Notes: generated by a model from the letters alone, not told the origin. Counted from the stretch's first letter, positions 1-12,562 are shown. The stretch: 64,000 bases of DNA from Raja brachyura (GCA_963514005.1 OY740806.1:28830001-28894000); one strand, 5' to 3'. Numbers and translations: made by a program.

Positions 1-180
1 ATTTAAGTTTTACATAGGATTTACGGGTAATGTAATATACAGGTATATTGCACCATTTTATGTCTGTTAATAAGCTACCTGTAAAAAGGGCCGTTTTAAT
101 AGATGCAATTTTTCCTAAATTCTAATGAATGGATAACGTATGGTGTTCTTCTAATTTTTCACTTGTTAAATTAATTATCA

Positions 181-700
181 TCAAAATTTGAGGAAGGACA
201 TTCTTGCTATTGAGGGAGTGCAGCGAGGTTAATTTCCGGGATGGTGGGACTGTCATATAATGAAGGAATGGAGCGACTGGGCTTGTATTCACTGGAATTT
301 AGAAGGATGAGAAGGGATCAAATAGACACATATACAATTATTAAGGGATTGGACATGCTGGATACAACATGTTCCTGATGTTGGGGAAGTCCAGAACCAG
401 GGGCCACAGTTTCGGAATAAGGGGTAGGCTATTTAGAACTGAGGTGAGGAAAAACTTTTTCACACAGATTGTGAATTTGTGGAATTCTCTGCCAAAGAAG
501 GCAGTGGATGCCGATTCACTGGATGCATTCAAAGGAGAGTTAGATAGAGTTCTTAGGGCTATCAGAATCTTGGGATATGGGGAGAAGGCAGGAACGGGGT
601 ACTGATTGTGGATGATCAGCCATGATCACATTGAATGGCGGCGCTGGCTTGACAGGCCGAATGGCCTACTCCTGCACCTATTGTCTATGTATCTATGTAT
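181..700 (+). mobile_element. CR1-clade (HER1-like) LINE 3' fragment
   Basis: C-terminal CR1 motifs (SRTRGHS, VRKNFFTQ.VNLWNSLP), 3'UTR gccgaatggcctactcctgc and a (tatgtatc)-type tail. Confidence 0.9.
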
Positions 701-2611
701 CATAAACAGGCAATTTTATTATTAGTATCAGTATTGGTTTAATATTGTCATGTATATTGAGATACGGAGAAAAACTTTGTTTTGCATACTTCCCAGGCAG
801 ATAATACTGTACATGGGTACAACAGGTGGTCAAAAAGGGAAAATAAACAGAATACAGAACAGCGTGTTACTGCTACAGATAACGTGCAGATAAATATGAA
901 CAAGATTTGCTCTTGTGATATTGAAAATGTTTTATCTAGATCTAGAGCGTCAAATGATTAGATCTAGATCTAGAAAGGATGTAAACTTACAAGATCTTCA
1001 CAATGCAGGGTCGAAGTCTGCTCTGTTGTCTGTACAAGCATGTGATGTGGTAATGCATGTACTGAAATTCAAGAACTAAACTTCAGAACATCATGTGCAG
1101 GAATTTGGTGCATAGAATCTAGGATGAACTTCACCTCAGGATATTTACTTATTGCATGCCTAAATCAAGTCGTCATCCTGAAATAAATCTCTTGCTTCTG
1201 GTTAGATGGTAGAGTTGCAAAGTTTATGGTTTTACATGCAAGACTAAAAAAAAACCTAGTATATTAAGGCATGTTTCACCGAGAACAACACATATCGGTC
1301 GTGGTGTTAGTCAAATCTACTTAATTGAAAAGTAAGGCTGTTTTGATTTATAGTTGTGAGGCAAGATGAACTCTGAGATTGGATATTATTGCAATCTGGA
1401 GTCTGCAATTGGCAACATGATCTGGCATGTATAATATTAGCGCAGTCAACTGAATATATACTGGCCTCAAGTTTTAGCTGACATGAAGTCATCAGTTAAT
1501 ACAGCACAGTCATGTTCCTTCATATCGGGCATGCTTTTTTCAACATATAATTCGCGCCACTGTCGGTTATTTCCCAGGGAGAGTTACTGCGGGAACATTT
1601 CTGCCATGAGGCTATTTCTATTAATCTTGTGTGTATTTTTAGTCTTGTTGCTGCTCAAGTAATCTGTTGACCGAAAATGGTATTGTTCTGGGAAAGAGGC
1701 ACTTGATGTCACTTGTTGCACAGTGGAAGCACCCCGGCCAGCGGGGCAATATAAGCAACATTCAACGTTTGAATACTTCGCATTTCTTTCAGTATAGAAA
1801 AAGTGTTTTTGGTTCAAGGCCAAGGGTTTTATTCAGCTGTGATTTACTTTCTCCTCTTTAAAGCTGACTTCTTACTTACTGGAAGTGCACTGTTTTGCTT
1901 TAGTTTGCATGTGCCTTGACCACTACAAGGTCAACCCAGTCTGCAACTAAACGTCATCATGGTTACGAAGCAACATTTCGGCATTGCTAGCCTCTTAAGG
2001 AATGGAAAATAGTTTATTTCACGATTATAATTTTTATTTGACATTTGGCAAGGATGGTAGTTAAAGAAAATTCTTACCTCCAATCCAATTTCAGGCAGAT
2101 GAAGTTACGTTAGCCTCCCTTATATCCATTTGACTGGCACAAAAGAAGCATTTAGATTTGGATGACGTGCTTCCTAAGTAGCATTATACTGTGTTTTAGT
2201 TTTGACAAGAGCCTTGTTATTTTTATAAGGTCGTTAAGAGTTCATAGCAACATGATACTCTTAAAGTGAAGTTCATCTGAAATTGATGCCACGTTAATTC
2301 ACCTGAAGTTTGAGATGAATCCCATCTCCTGCTGAGCAGTGGCAGTGAACTCCGCAGACTGATTTACAAGCAAGAATAACCTGAATAGTTTGACAAAACA
2401 TGCTTATGAAAATATTACTCGTCTATGTGTCTATATGTCAGATGCTTTGTCTTCTAAAATCTTCAAAATACTTCAAAAGTCCTCATATAAACTGGAAGAA
2501 AAGCAACAGTATTCAGAAACTATGGAAATAATGGAAGTTCATTTTGTAAAGTCTCACTTTCTTTCCACAAACAAAATGCAGCATGTGAATTGTATTGAAA
2601 ACTTTGGAGAC

Positions 2612-3180
2612 ACAGGTATGCAGATGACACCACCGTAGTGGAGCGGTTAGTGAATAATGGCAAGACTGAGTACAAAAGGAGATTGAGAACCTTGTAACGG
2701 TGCCAAGACAACAACCTCTCCCTTAATGTGAGCAAGACAAAGGAGATAGTGATTGATTTCACGAAGCGAAATAGTACACACACCACAGATTCTACATTGA
2801 TGGTGCCGAAGTGGAGATAGTTGAAAGCTTCAATTCAAAGCTGAATAACTATCATCAGCAATTTTTCCTGGACCAGCCATATCAAAGTTATGGCCAAGAA
2901 AGCACACCAACGCCAACGCATCTACTTCCTTAGAATGCTTAGGAAGTTTGGCATGTCTCCAACTCTCACCAACATCTACAGATGCACTGGAGTAAGCATC
3001 TTGTCTGGTTTGGGAACAGCTCCATCCAAGACCGCAAGAAATTGTAGAAAGTTGTGCACGCAGCCCAGACCATCACATAAGCCATCTCCCTTCCATTAAC
3101 TTGATCTGCACTTCATGTTTCTTCAGCAAGGCCGCCAGCATAAGAACCAGTCTCACCCTGGTCACTCCATCTTCTCCTCT
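2612..3180 (+). mobile_element. Rex1/Babar-type LINE reverse-transcriptase fragment
   Basis: Translates to YADDTTVV, WCQDNNLSLNVSKTKEIVIDF, KKAHQR..YFLR.LRKFGMS, with frameshifts. Confidence 0.85.
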
Positions 3181-3606
3181 AAGGCAGTGAAACTACCAGT
3201 GTTTGGTATTGTTATCCTGAGAAACTGCTCACAATTTTGCAATTTCCACGTTCATATTTGATACCGAAAGCCAAAAAATTGCTAACGTAAGTTCTGAGAT
3301 TGTTGCAGACTTTGCTGCTTACGACCTTCTCCAACCAATCATATATTTAACTTCTTCTTTCGTGTCCATCTTCCATGTTTCAAATGTTGACATCGCTGTC
3401 ATCGTCCGTCCTGAAAAGGACGCAAGCTTCCGGCGACAATCAGTGGGAGTCATTACTTGTTGCAATAAATGATGGTGGTAGCAGAGTTAGCTCAGGATAC
3501 TTCCAGTTTCCAGCCCCGCGACGTGGACGCTTCTGCTATGGGGTCAATATTTAACTAATAGCGTCCAAAAGCACTATAATTACTGACTGACAATCTCTCT
3601 GGCTTA
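3181..3606. mobile_element. Possible degenerate DNA-transposon fragment
   Basis: CpG-rich segment that abruptly ends the Rex fragment. Imperfect terminal inverted match aaggcagtga / tctctggctt, followed by TTAA on the right. Confidence 0.25.
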
Positions 3607-4235
3607 AAAAATATTTATGTATGTATTTTGTTCATTCCTCACATTATTTCATGTGAAGGATGAGTGAAATACACACATAAAGCTATTAACACTTTTGACA
3701 AGGAGAGGATTTCTAGGGAAGTACATTATCCCAAAGTATTAATACTGAGAATTTGTTCGACTATCGATGCTACTAATTGTACAGCAGCATATAATTGCGT
3801 ACACTTGTTCTACATTGTTCCAGCATTTATTTCAATTGGTTTAATTAGTTGCTATTCATTGATTTTCTGTGACCAAGCAATGTTGCTTATGGCAGTTGAA
3901 AGTAGGTTAGATTGGTTACATCAATACCAATGCCTTTACTTGGCATTAGTACTGATATTGCAGTGCACTCTTGAATTAGAAAGTGAGCTTCCACAATGGA
4001 TGCAATTTCCTGTTGTGTGGACGCATCTTTCATTACTCTGTCTATATTCATGCACTCACTACTTTCTGTTTGGAGTTCATTTGTGTTTCATGTCCTGCAT
4101 GGAATTTTCCTCTCTAAACTGAAGTATATGATAGGAAACAGGAAAGGAATTCATCTGGTGGCCTAATGTATGAAAAATAATTTCAATCTGAACTTCCCAC
4201 CTCTTTTCCCATTTGGAACCCCTGACTTTGACTAA

Positions 4236-5035
4236 ATAGAATCAGAATCAGAAGAATCAGAAGCAGGTTTATTGTCATTCAAACATAGGTTCAAATGAAA
4301 TTATGTTCCTGCAGTCCCACTAACAAAAAAAACAAAACACACAATCAACACAATTCCACACAAACATCCATCACAGTGAATCTCCAAACACCTCCTCACT
4401 GTGATGGAAGGCAAAAGTCTTATCTCTTCCCTGCTCTCCGTTCTTATTCTTCTCCCCGCAGCCAAGCAGCTGATCGAGGCTCTTGATGTTAGAGCCCCCG
4501 GTGGGCGATGGTAAGTCTCGCGGCCGTTATAAGCCGTGCTGGGCGATGTAAGGCCCCCGCTCCAGGTCGATTTAACCCCCTCGATTCGGGCGGGCCATGT
4601 TTGCTGTTGCGGGTGCTCTGAAAAGCGGTCTCCCACCAGGGACCAGCGAGCTCCCGATGTTATCGCCCACAGGGCCTGCAGCCGAAGCCTGCGAAGCTCC
4701 GAAGACGGGTCGCAGCTGCGCACCACCACAGCATTCCGCACTCCGAAGTCGGCCAGCTCCGCAATGGTAAATCTACAAGCTCTGCGACTGGAGCCCCCAG
4801 GTCGATTCCGGTTGGAGGCCGCCGGCTGTACGGTGTTAAGCCCCAACGACAACAGAGACTCGACAAGTAAAAAGTCTGGTCCCGTACAGGGAAAAGATGA
4901 AAAAGTTTCCACCGCCGCCCCCCCCCCCCCACATATACACTGCAAAAAATAATATAAAAACTAAAACCAAAACATACACTTAACAGGACAAAAGAAAAAA
5001 AAATACGGACTGACTGCAGAGGCCGCTGCCGCGAA
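4236..5035 (-). mobile_element. GC-rich non-autonomous retroelement with (TTCTGA)n tail
   Basis: On the minus strand it ends in GACAATAAA plus (ttctga)n, a Rex1-like 3' end. The body is CpG-rich and its ORFs resemble no protein I recognise. Confidence 0.7.
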
Positions 5036-5236
5036 GAGAACTGAACTTAGTATATTTGAGATATTGGCATTTCTGATAGATAGATAGATATCTAACATGC
5101 AACTGGTTAAATACTACAGGTACAATAATATCAGTTTGAGATCAGACGCAGTAAAGACATTGGTTTTGCTTTGTGGGCTTATAAGCCTGTCAGCTACTCG
5201 TGGAGGAGGCCGCGTAGAGGCTGTCTTTGTCTCCCC

Positions 5237-5384
5237 CTGGATGGTTTTGTTCATTGGTCGATGTTTGCTATTTCTACTTACCTAGCGTCCGGCACTCTCT
5301 TCTGCTCACCAAATCCCCGGTTCCCATGCTCCTTGTGCACTCACCAAGGTACAGGTTTCTCACTGCAATCTCTCACTAGGGCTC
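5237..5384. repeat. 148-bp inverted duplicate of 6912-7059
   Basis: Reverse complement of 6912-7059 with one mismatch seen by eye. The ORF track shows the same peptide (MFAISTYLASGTLFCSPNP...) on opposite strands. Confidence 0.95.
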
Positions 5385-6007
5385 TCCGGATGCCTACGAC
5401 CCACCCCAGTAAACCAACCGCCCCCCCCCCCCCCCCCCCGCTGGCATCGCCCCAGCCAACATCAGACGAGAAGCAGCCACGCTGGCCCTCTCGTGAAAGG
5501 CACAGACCAGTGAATCCCACCTCCTCCATCAGATCGTCACAGAGACACCACGACGAGTGCGCCTCAAGTCACGGCACCCCTTTGCCACACAAGCCCAAGA
5601 GCTGCTCTGCACAACACCGGCTGACGCTTCTAAGGCTGCCTGGATCAAGATGAGATGGAGAGACCAGTGGAAGTCAGCTGAACCATCTAGGCTACACCAT
5701 TACATCGATGACCTCATGGACGTCCCTGGCCAGGACCTGCCCCAAAAGCAGTGGACAACCCTCAACCGCATGAGGACAGAAATCGGACGCTATGGAGTAG
5801 CGATGAAGAGGTGGGGCCTCGTGGACAGCGCCTCCTGCAAGTGTGGGGACCCAACACAGACAGTGGAGCACATAGTCACCAGTTGCCCCAAACACCGGCC
5901 ACCGAATGGTGAATGAGGTCAGATTGACCTGGACGATGACACGTTGGCCTGGCTCGCCTCAAAGGAGCTGCAGGTCTAAAAGACATACGACAGAAGACGA
6001 AGAAGAA
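5385..6007 (+). mobile_element. 5'-truncated Vingi/Ingi-like (I-group) LINE
   Basis: SGCLRPTPVNQ..AGIAPANIRREAATL, RLKSRHPF, WTTLNRMRT.IGR, zinc finger CKCGDPTQTVEHIVTSCP. Ends catacgac followed by a (GAA)n tail. Confidence 0.8.
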
Positions 6008-7084
6008 CTATTGGGAAATTATAAATCTCTCGTGGTGTAATTGCAACACAGATTGTAATGCCCAGAAATGCTTCTCTTTGGCATACTGGTATTTGCAGTT
6101 CTTCTTCATGAGGTAATCAGATTTGTCGCATGACTTTACTTTTATAGAAAATTATCGCTAGTCCTATAATCTTTAGAGTGTACTGGCATCAAATCCTCTG
6201 GAGCATTATTTCCATTTTTAGTCTCACTATGTTTAGAAGGCAAATTGAAAGATTTGTGCAAAATGTGCATGGTTTTGTTTCCCGACAGAAGTCCTGCACA
6301 TTTCCTCGTGGAAGTTCTAGTTTGAGATTATGTGCATTGACACTATATAAAATAGAATGGTGTAAAACCAAAAAAATGATGCCGTTTATTTGCAGCATAT
6401 CTTAGTAGGAACGTGTATAAATGCAAAAATACCTTGTTACAAAAGCACAGATCACACCGATGACTGGTGGAAGTGACTGGTCATACTTGCCCTCCGCACT
6501 TGCACACTGCAGTACAGAAACACAGCACGTGCTAAAAGTCAGGCGATGGTGCATCTGAGCTTCCTACAGAGTAAAGATGTTTTGTGATGCACTGAGTAGT
6601 GGGGCAGTATGCACCTTGTCTTCAGCTCCACAACTTTGTGCCATCCACATCTGGTGCAGGTGGCAGCAGCATTCGTTTGAAACAAAAACAGAAAATGCTG
6701 GAAACACTCAGTAGGTCAGGCAGCATCTGTAGCAAGAGAAACAGTCAAGGTTTTGGTTTTGCCACTGACCATCTGAAGGAAACGCAAGAAACAGAACCAT
6801 CAAGGGCGGCAGAACTTGAGTTTAAAGGGAGTGTGGAAACTCGGCTTCCTTGAGTGGTTGGAAAGCGCAGAAACCAGTGTCCTGGCAAGTGTTTGCGTTG
6901 CGTAGGAACCCGAGCCCTAGTGAGAGATTGCAGTGAGAAACCTGTACCTTGGTGAGTGCACAAGGAGCATGGGAACCGGGGATTTGGTGAGCAGAAGAGA
7001 GTGCCGGACGCTAGGTAAGTAGAAATAGCAAACATCGACCAGTGAACAAAACCATCCAGACTTCCAAATGGCTGGATAGCGGAT

Positions 7085-7330
7085 TAGACTCATACAGCGT
7101 TGAAACAGGACCTTCGGCCCAACTTGTCCACGCCTGCCAACGTGCCCCATTTGGCTCGTATTCTTCTAAACCTTTCCTATCCATATACCTGTCCAAATGT
7201 ATTTTCAACATTGTGATAGTACCTGCCTTGGCTACCTCCTCCTGCAGCTTTTTTCACATACCTACCACCTTTTGTGTAAAAAACGTTGCCCCACAGGTTC
7301 ATTTTAAATCTTTCCCCCTTAACCTTAAAT
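7085..7330 (-). mobile_element. CR1/HER1-like LINE 3' fragment
   Basis: Minus-strand HLDRYMDRKGLE peptide and 3'UTR ggccgaaggtcctgtttc. Confidence 0.8.
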
Positions 7331-7777
7331 TGTCAGAATTTTACATTTTGTCATGTCTGTCATGAGATGACATCAAAATTTCACCAAGCTACAGCATCAT
7401 TTAAGAATGCTGATAATTAATTTTATTTCTTAGTAAAGAATAACCCCCCAACAAGGGAAAAAATTGACATTTTATGCTGGATAACTGAAGAATGCTTCAT
7501 TTAAATGTTGGTATGTTGAAGACAGCACAATCAATGATTTTACAGATCTTGGAGATACTATTCTGTTCATGTTGCAAGTATAAACATTTATTAAAGGTCA
7601 TTCTTGTTTAATTTTAGTGGATTATTATAACTATGTGTTTTATTTAAGACTTATTCTTGTGGATGACGTATTCTTGCTCAATTCTTCAGTATTTGTTCAT
7701 AATCTTGAAATGGCCGGGAAAAGAATTCTAGGGAAATGATTAGACAATTAGTAATCCCAGCAATCCAACAAAAATCC

Positions 7778-7910
7778 AGTTTGAAGAAGGGCCCCGACAT
7801 GAAATATTGCCTATCTATGTCCTCCAGAGAAGTTGCCTAACCATTTAAGTTACTGCAGCACATGTGTCTTTTGTTATAAACCATCATCTGCAGTTCCTTG
7901 TTTCTACAAT
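7778..7910 (+). mobile_element. Short Penelope-derived element, degenerate
   Basis: tgaagaagggccccgacatgaaat ... gcatctgcagttccttg-type terminus shared with the other copies in the window. Confidence 0.7.
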
Positions 7911-9648
7911 CTAACATATAACAGCTCAAGCAATGCAGATGACTCCATATAGTGAATACTCAAAATCACAAATACTTCAGTCACAAGATTAGAATGGAGA
8001 TCATTGATCATTGTGGAATCATACCGAAATGTAAATTTTCTCTTTAATACTGTAGCTTTGCACTGTTTCAGTTACTTCCCTGGCTGCAAAATTCTTTGGT
8101 CATGAAGGACACTTTAGTTTGTCTTAGTTTGTCTTCTCTCTTCAACCTTTGTAATTCCTGGTGGTGGAGGCAGATACATGGAAAGTAGAATCCTCCAGGC
8201 CACTGATTTGCATCAATGGATTGTGAATGTTGTAATATGAGAGGTTGTTAGACAAAGAAACCGTAGTGTGAGACTGACATACCCATTGATACCCAATTCT
8301 GTATAACTTGCGTAGCCTTTTTTTCTAATGATTCATTCCAGGATGGAAATGTGAAAGGCAAGAGATCATAGTTTTAAGGTCCGAGGAGAAAAGTTTAATG
8401 AGATCAGCAAGGCGATTTTTTTACACAGCAAATAGTAAATGCGAGAAAGCATTGCCATGGGTGGTGGTGCAAGTAGATGCGATATTGGCCTTAAAGAAGC
8501 TTTTAGATAGGCACTTGGTGATGCAGGGAATGGAAGGATATGGATCACATGCAGGCAGGGGAGATTAGTTTATTGAGGCATCATGCTCGGCACAGACATG
8601 ACGGTCTGATGAATGTATTCATGTGCTATTCTACAGATGGTTTATTGGACAAAAATAATGTATTTGGAAGGCAAAAGCATTTTGATGCGAATCTGTGGGC
8701 CGGTTGCAGCATGACAGCACATATTTATGTCAATTACATTTGATTAGCTGTGATTTTTTCCCCATTGTCTTTCAAACAAACTGATACTTGTCATGCTTTG
8801 GCCTAAAGGAACTTCATTGCTTGTAATGCATTAAAACCTTTGTTTTTGTGAAATTTTGGCTAAAGCAAATAAAATCATTATCAAAAACAGATACTTTTCC
8901 CAATGCTAACAATAAACGCAACATTTATGTGGTAAATTACTTATCACTGATGTTTTACATGCAGAACCCTGGCTGAGGCAGTGCTCCATTGTGGGTCCTC
9001 GACCTTCTAATAAAGTATTCAACTTACCCATTGGCAGGCTGGCCTCCTCTGATTTAGATTTCTCTTTTGCTTCAGTTCCCTGGGTACCATTTGCATTAAT
9101 CATCATGACTCTCGTGCACGAGGTGTTCCAAAGACATGATCATTGATATTCTGTTTAATTCAACATGTACACATATCAGTGAGAAAGAGTGGGACGGTTG
9201 TCAACGTTACAATTCATAAGAACACGTATTCATCATAAAATATGTTTCTCTAATTGGATTTCACAATGTTGCAATTATTGAAAGTGATAGGATAAACTGA
9301 GTAAGCATTGGATAATTTGCTAAATGTTTAAATATTTAAGCACCATTAATGTGAAGGAGTGTTGCTGGATATAACTCAAATGTTTTGGGAAGACTGAACA
9401 CATGATTAAACTTATGACTTGTGTTTAATGATAGTATACATTAGGTGGCAGTAGATCATCACAATTGTGCTTTACCTTTTCAATGTAAATGTAGGTTGTG
9501 TTTCTTTTGCTATGCAGTAGCTGTACAGTGAGAGTAAGTATGAACAGTTGTGTTAAGGGCCTGTCCCACTTGGCCGGCATTTACACAACAGATCGATAGT
9601 GACTGACGTGCGACCGCACAGCCGCCTGGAGCGTGTGACGTCATTTGA

Positions 9649-9837
9649 AGATAGACACAAAATGCTGGAGTAACTCAGCGGGACCGGCAGCATCTCTGGA
9701 CAGAAGGAATGGATGGTGTTTCGGGTCGAGACTCTTCTTCAGTCTGAAGAAGGGTCTCGACCCGAAACGTCACCCATTGCTTCTCTCCAGAGATGCTGCC
9801 GGTCCCGCTGAGTTACTCCAGCATTTTGTGTCTATCT
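9649..9837. repeat. Fold-back palindrome of a Penelope-derived end (94-bp arms, centre 9743)
   Basis: Arms are reverse complements around cttcttcag-T-ctgaagaag, with a few mismatches. Confidence 0.92.
9744..9771 (+). ncRNA. Minimal type I hammerhead ribozyme-like core
   Basis: CUGAAGA-A-[GGGU-CUCG-ACCC]-GAAAC-GUC. This matches the minimal hammerhead architecture described in Penelope-like elements. Stem I pairing is weak. Confidence 0.6.
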
Positions 9838-11459
9838 CCATTCGTCTTGGCCCCGCTCTGGGAGTAGGAGTGGGGGCGGATCCGGATCCGCAATGGTTGT
9901 GAGCCTCAGGCCGAGCTCGGCGATCGTTTGCCTGCTTCTGCTGCTGTTGGAGGTGAGACGTTGCGCCGCGCCAATGTCTTGGGCCTGTCCCACTTTGGCC
10001 GTCAGTTACGCGACAGGCCGGTGGCGCGCAAAGATTTTGTGCAGGGCGAAGTCCATACTCATCCACACGACTGCATGCGCCTGTCCCGCGCTGCACAGAC
10101 GCTAGCAGGTCGCATAAATGGCGCGCGAATGACGGCCAAGTGGGACAGGCCCTTTAGGTTCAATTTGATACTCAGCTAGATGAGGAAGAGATAACTAGCA
10201 GTCATTCGTGTTCGTGATCGCTTTGCGTGATCACCATGAGAGCAGACTGCTCAGATCAGGTACTGAAAAACTTCCAATATAGTCAAGAGTGTTTAATTGT
10301 CATGAATCCATGACGGAACAATGAAATTCATACTTGCAACAGCTTACCAGGCCTGTGCACACAATACTTATTAATAACACATAATAAACATTAGTAAACT
10401 AATAACTAATAAAGAGTGCATGTGTCATTACCAGCCAGCTCTTTCAAAACAGGGTAAAACATGAAGATTTTTATATAAATGCTGCTTTAGCACGGATTCC
10501 ATAAATTAAAACTGGGTAAGTTTGCATTTTTTTTAAATGCATTCAACTAATATTTCCTTGAAAGAGTTTCATTGTTCTGTTGTCGGTACATATGATAATT
10601 AAACACTCTTGACTTGACTCTTCATTCTTCATTGAAGAACTTGGTGGACTGTGGCCCTTTACAGAGCTCTGTGAAAATATTAAAATGCTGTATCACATTC
10701 TGCAATGTGATACAGCATTCTCCTTGCTTTAACATGGTTCGTTGCTGGCCGGTCATAATCCAAAGCTCTGTAACTCCAGTCAAAAATTAATATTAAAAAA
10801 CAAGTTAAGAAGGACCTTGCACCATTTAATGCCTGTCAGGTGTCCAGGGAACCATTGTCAACATTGTCAATTGCAGGGAGTAAGCCACACGTGATTTACT
10901 TCCTGCTGTGTGCAGGGTGAAACAGAATATTGCTGAGATCCACTCTTGAGCTATTCAGTTTCTAATATGCCTCTGTTATACTGCAGCCTCTGGCCATAAT
11001 AAAGTACAAAAGGACGATAAAAGCACAGCACATAGATCAACGATTTCAGCATTTTTCCAAATACCCTAAAATGACAAGTTACTATTTTTTCCACTAAAGA
11101 CTTCAACTCTGTGTCCAAGCATTAGTGTCAGTTTCCAAACAATGTATTTAATGGACTTGGCTACTAATTGAGACAGTTTCATTTTTTTTAATAGAAGCCA
11201 GAATAATTAAAATGCTTTTGAGTCGCAACTTGAGAAGGATTATTACAGAATATAATCTTAAAATTTCTTTAAGTTTTAAAACTTGAATGCATATATGTGT
11301 GTGTTATGAGTGACCCAATTAATTCCACTGTGCGACATGCAGATATTTCAGTGATGTTTCACATATTTCTTCAAAGCCTGTTTATTTCTTATTTTGAGGG
11401 AATTGAGATAAAAATACAATGATTATTATCTTTGCTAATCTGAGAATATGTAGAATGAA

Positions 11460-11775
11460 TTAAGACCTGTTGAGTCAACACATAGATTTAAATTCCACCA
11501 CGGCAGCTGGGGAATTCAAGTTCAAATAATTGAATACATGAAGAGTAAAAGGAAAGAACCAGGAATAGAGGCCATGGAACAGTGTCATTAAAAACCCGAC
11601 TGATTCACTACTCTTCCTCGGGGAAGGAAATTTGCCGTCTTTGCCAACTTGTGACTCCAGACTTCTAGCACACTGGTTGACTCATAAATGCCTCCTGCCG
11701 TGGTTCAGAAGGTCAGGAGAAGTTAGGGATGGCCAATAAATGCCAAAACATCCAATGAGTGGATAGGTAAAAAAA
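11460..11775 (+). mobile_element. Old chondrichthyan SINE-like element
   Basis: ccaccacggcagctggggaatt, ggggaaggaaatttgccgtc, tgtgactccagac and tail agggatggccaataaatgc. A related partial copy lies at about 51350-51575. Confidence 0.6.
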
Positions 11776-11989
11776 AACACAATAACGGAACACTGTCCTG
11801 ATAGGAGGCCGTCAACCTGAAGATTTAACTCTGTAAATTCTGTTTTTTTTCTGTTCACTGTTACTACCTGGCTAGCTGTGGATTTCCATCATCTTCTGGT
11901 TTTATTTAATGGTGTCAGGAAAACAATCTAGCCCTTAACGCCATCAGTATGAAAGAGTTGATTGCTAACTGAAGGAAGCATGGAATGGG

Positions 11990-12555
11990 GGTGGTGAACA
12001 CAACCCAGTTTTCATTACAGATTTGCTGTAGAGAAGGTGGAAAGTTTCAAGTTCATAATCAGGCCCCGTCACACTGCTGAGGTGTATTTACTTTCTTCAG
12101 CATCTGAAAAAAATTGGGATTCCACGAGGATTTTCTTGAACTTCTATGGAAAGCATTCTGACGGGATGCATCTCAGCCTGTTGTGGCAACTGCTAAGCTC
12201 TTGACCACCTGAACATGTCGAGAGTGGTGAACACAGCCCAGACTATCACAGGCTTGTCACTTCCTTTCATCCAGTCCATCATCTTGGTGCATCAGGAAAC
12301 CAGCAAATATTGTCAAGGATGCCTGCTACCCTGGCTATTCCCTTTTCAAGGGAAGATGCAGGAGCTTGAAATTTTGTACATCCAAACACGAACAGCTTGC
12401 TCCCTCGTGATAACAAATTCCTGAATCGTTCGTCTCCATCACACTCCTTTGTCGGAGGTGCTGTCACATGATCTTGCTCATTACCTTATTGTTATTCTGT
12501 TAATGCACTGTAGATGTTGCACTACTTTGTACTAGTACACTCTTCGCATCACATT
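11990..12555 (+). mobile_element. Degenerate Rex1/Babar LINE fragment
   Basis: VEKVESFKF, ESILTGCI..W.GNC and RVVNTAQTITG-like motifs. Confidence 0.7.
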
Positions 12556-12562
12556 GTGGTTA

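Larger units (their letters stand above)
9556..10153. mobile_element. Non-autonomous PIF/Harbinger-type MITE (composite)
   Basis: TIRs AGGGCCTGTCCCACTTGGCCG ... CGGCCAAGTGGGACAGGCCCT. TTA target-site duplication at 9553-9555 and 10154-10156; a TWA TSD is typical of PIF/Harbinger. Confidence 0.85.

Noticed and set aside
3664-4122. 152-aa hydrophobic ORF
   Set aside because: T-rich intronic composition explains the Leu/Phe/Cys content. Non-ATG start and no recognisable homology.
4301-4945. Longest ORF (214 aa) and overlapping ORFs
   Set aside because: They lie in a GC-rich repeat where several frames are open by composition. No recognisable domain or splice context.
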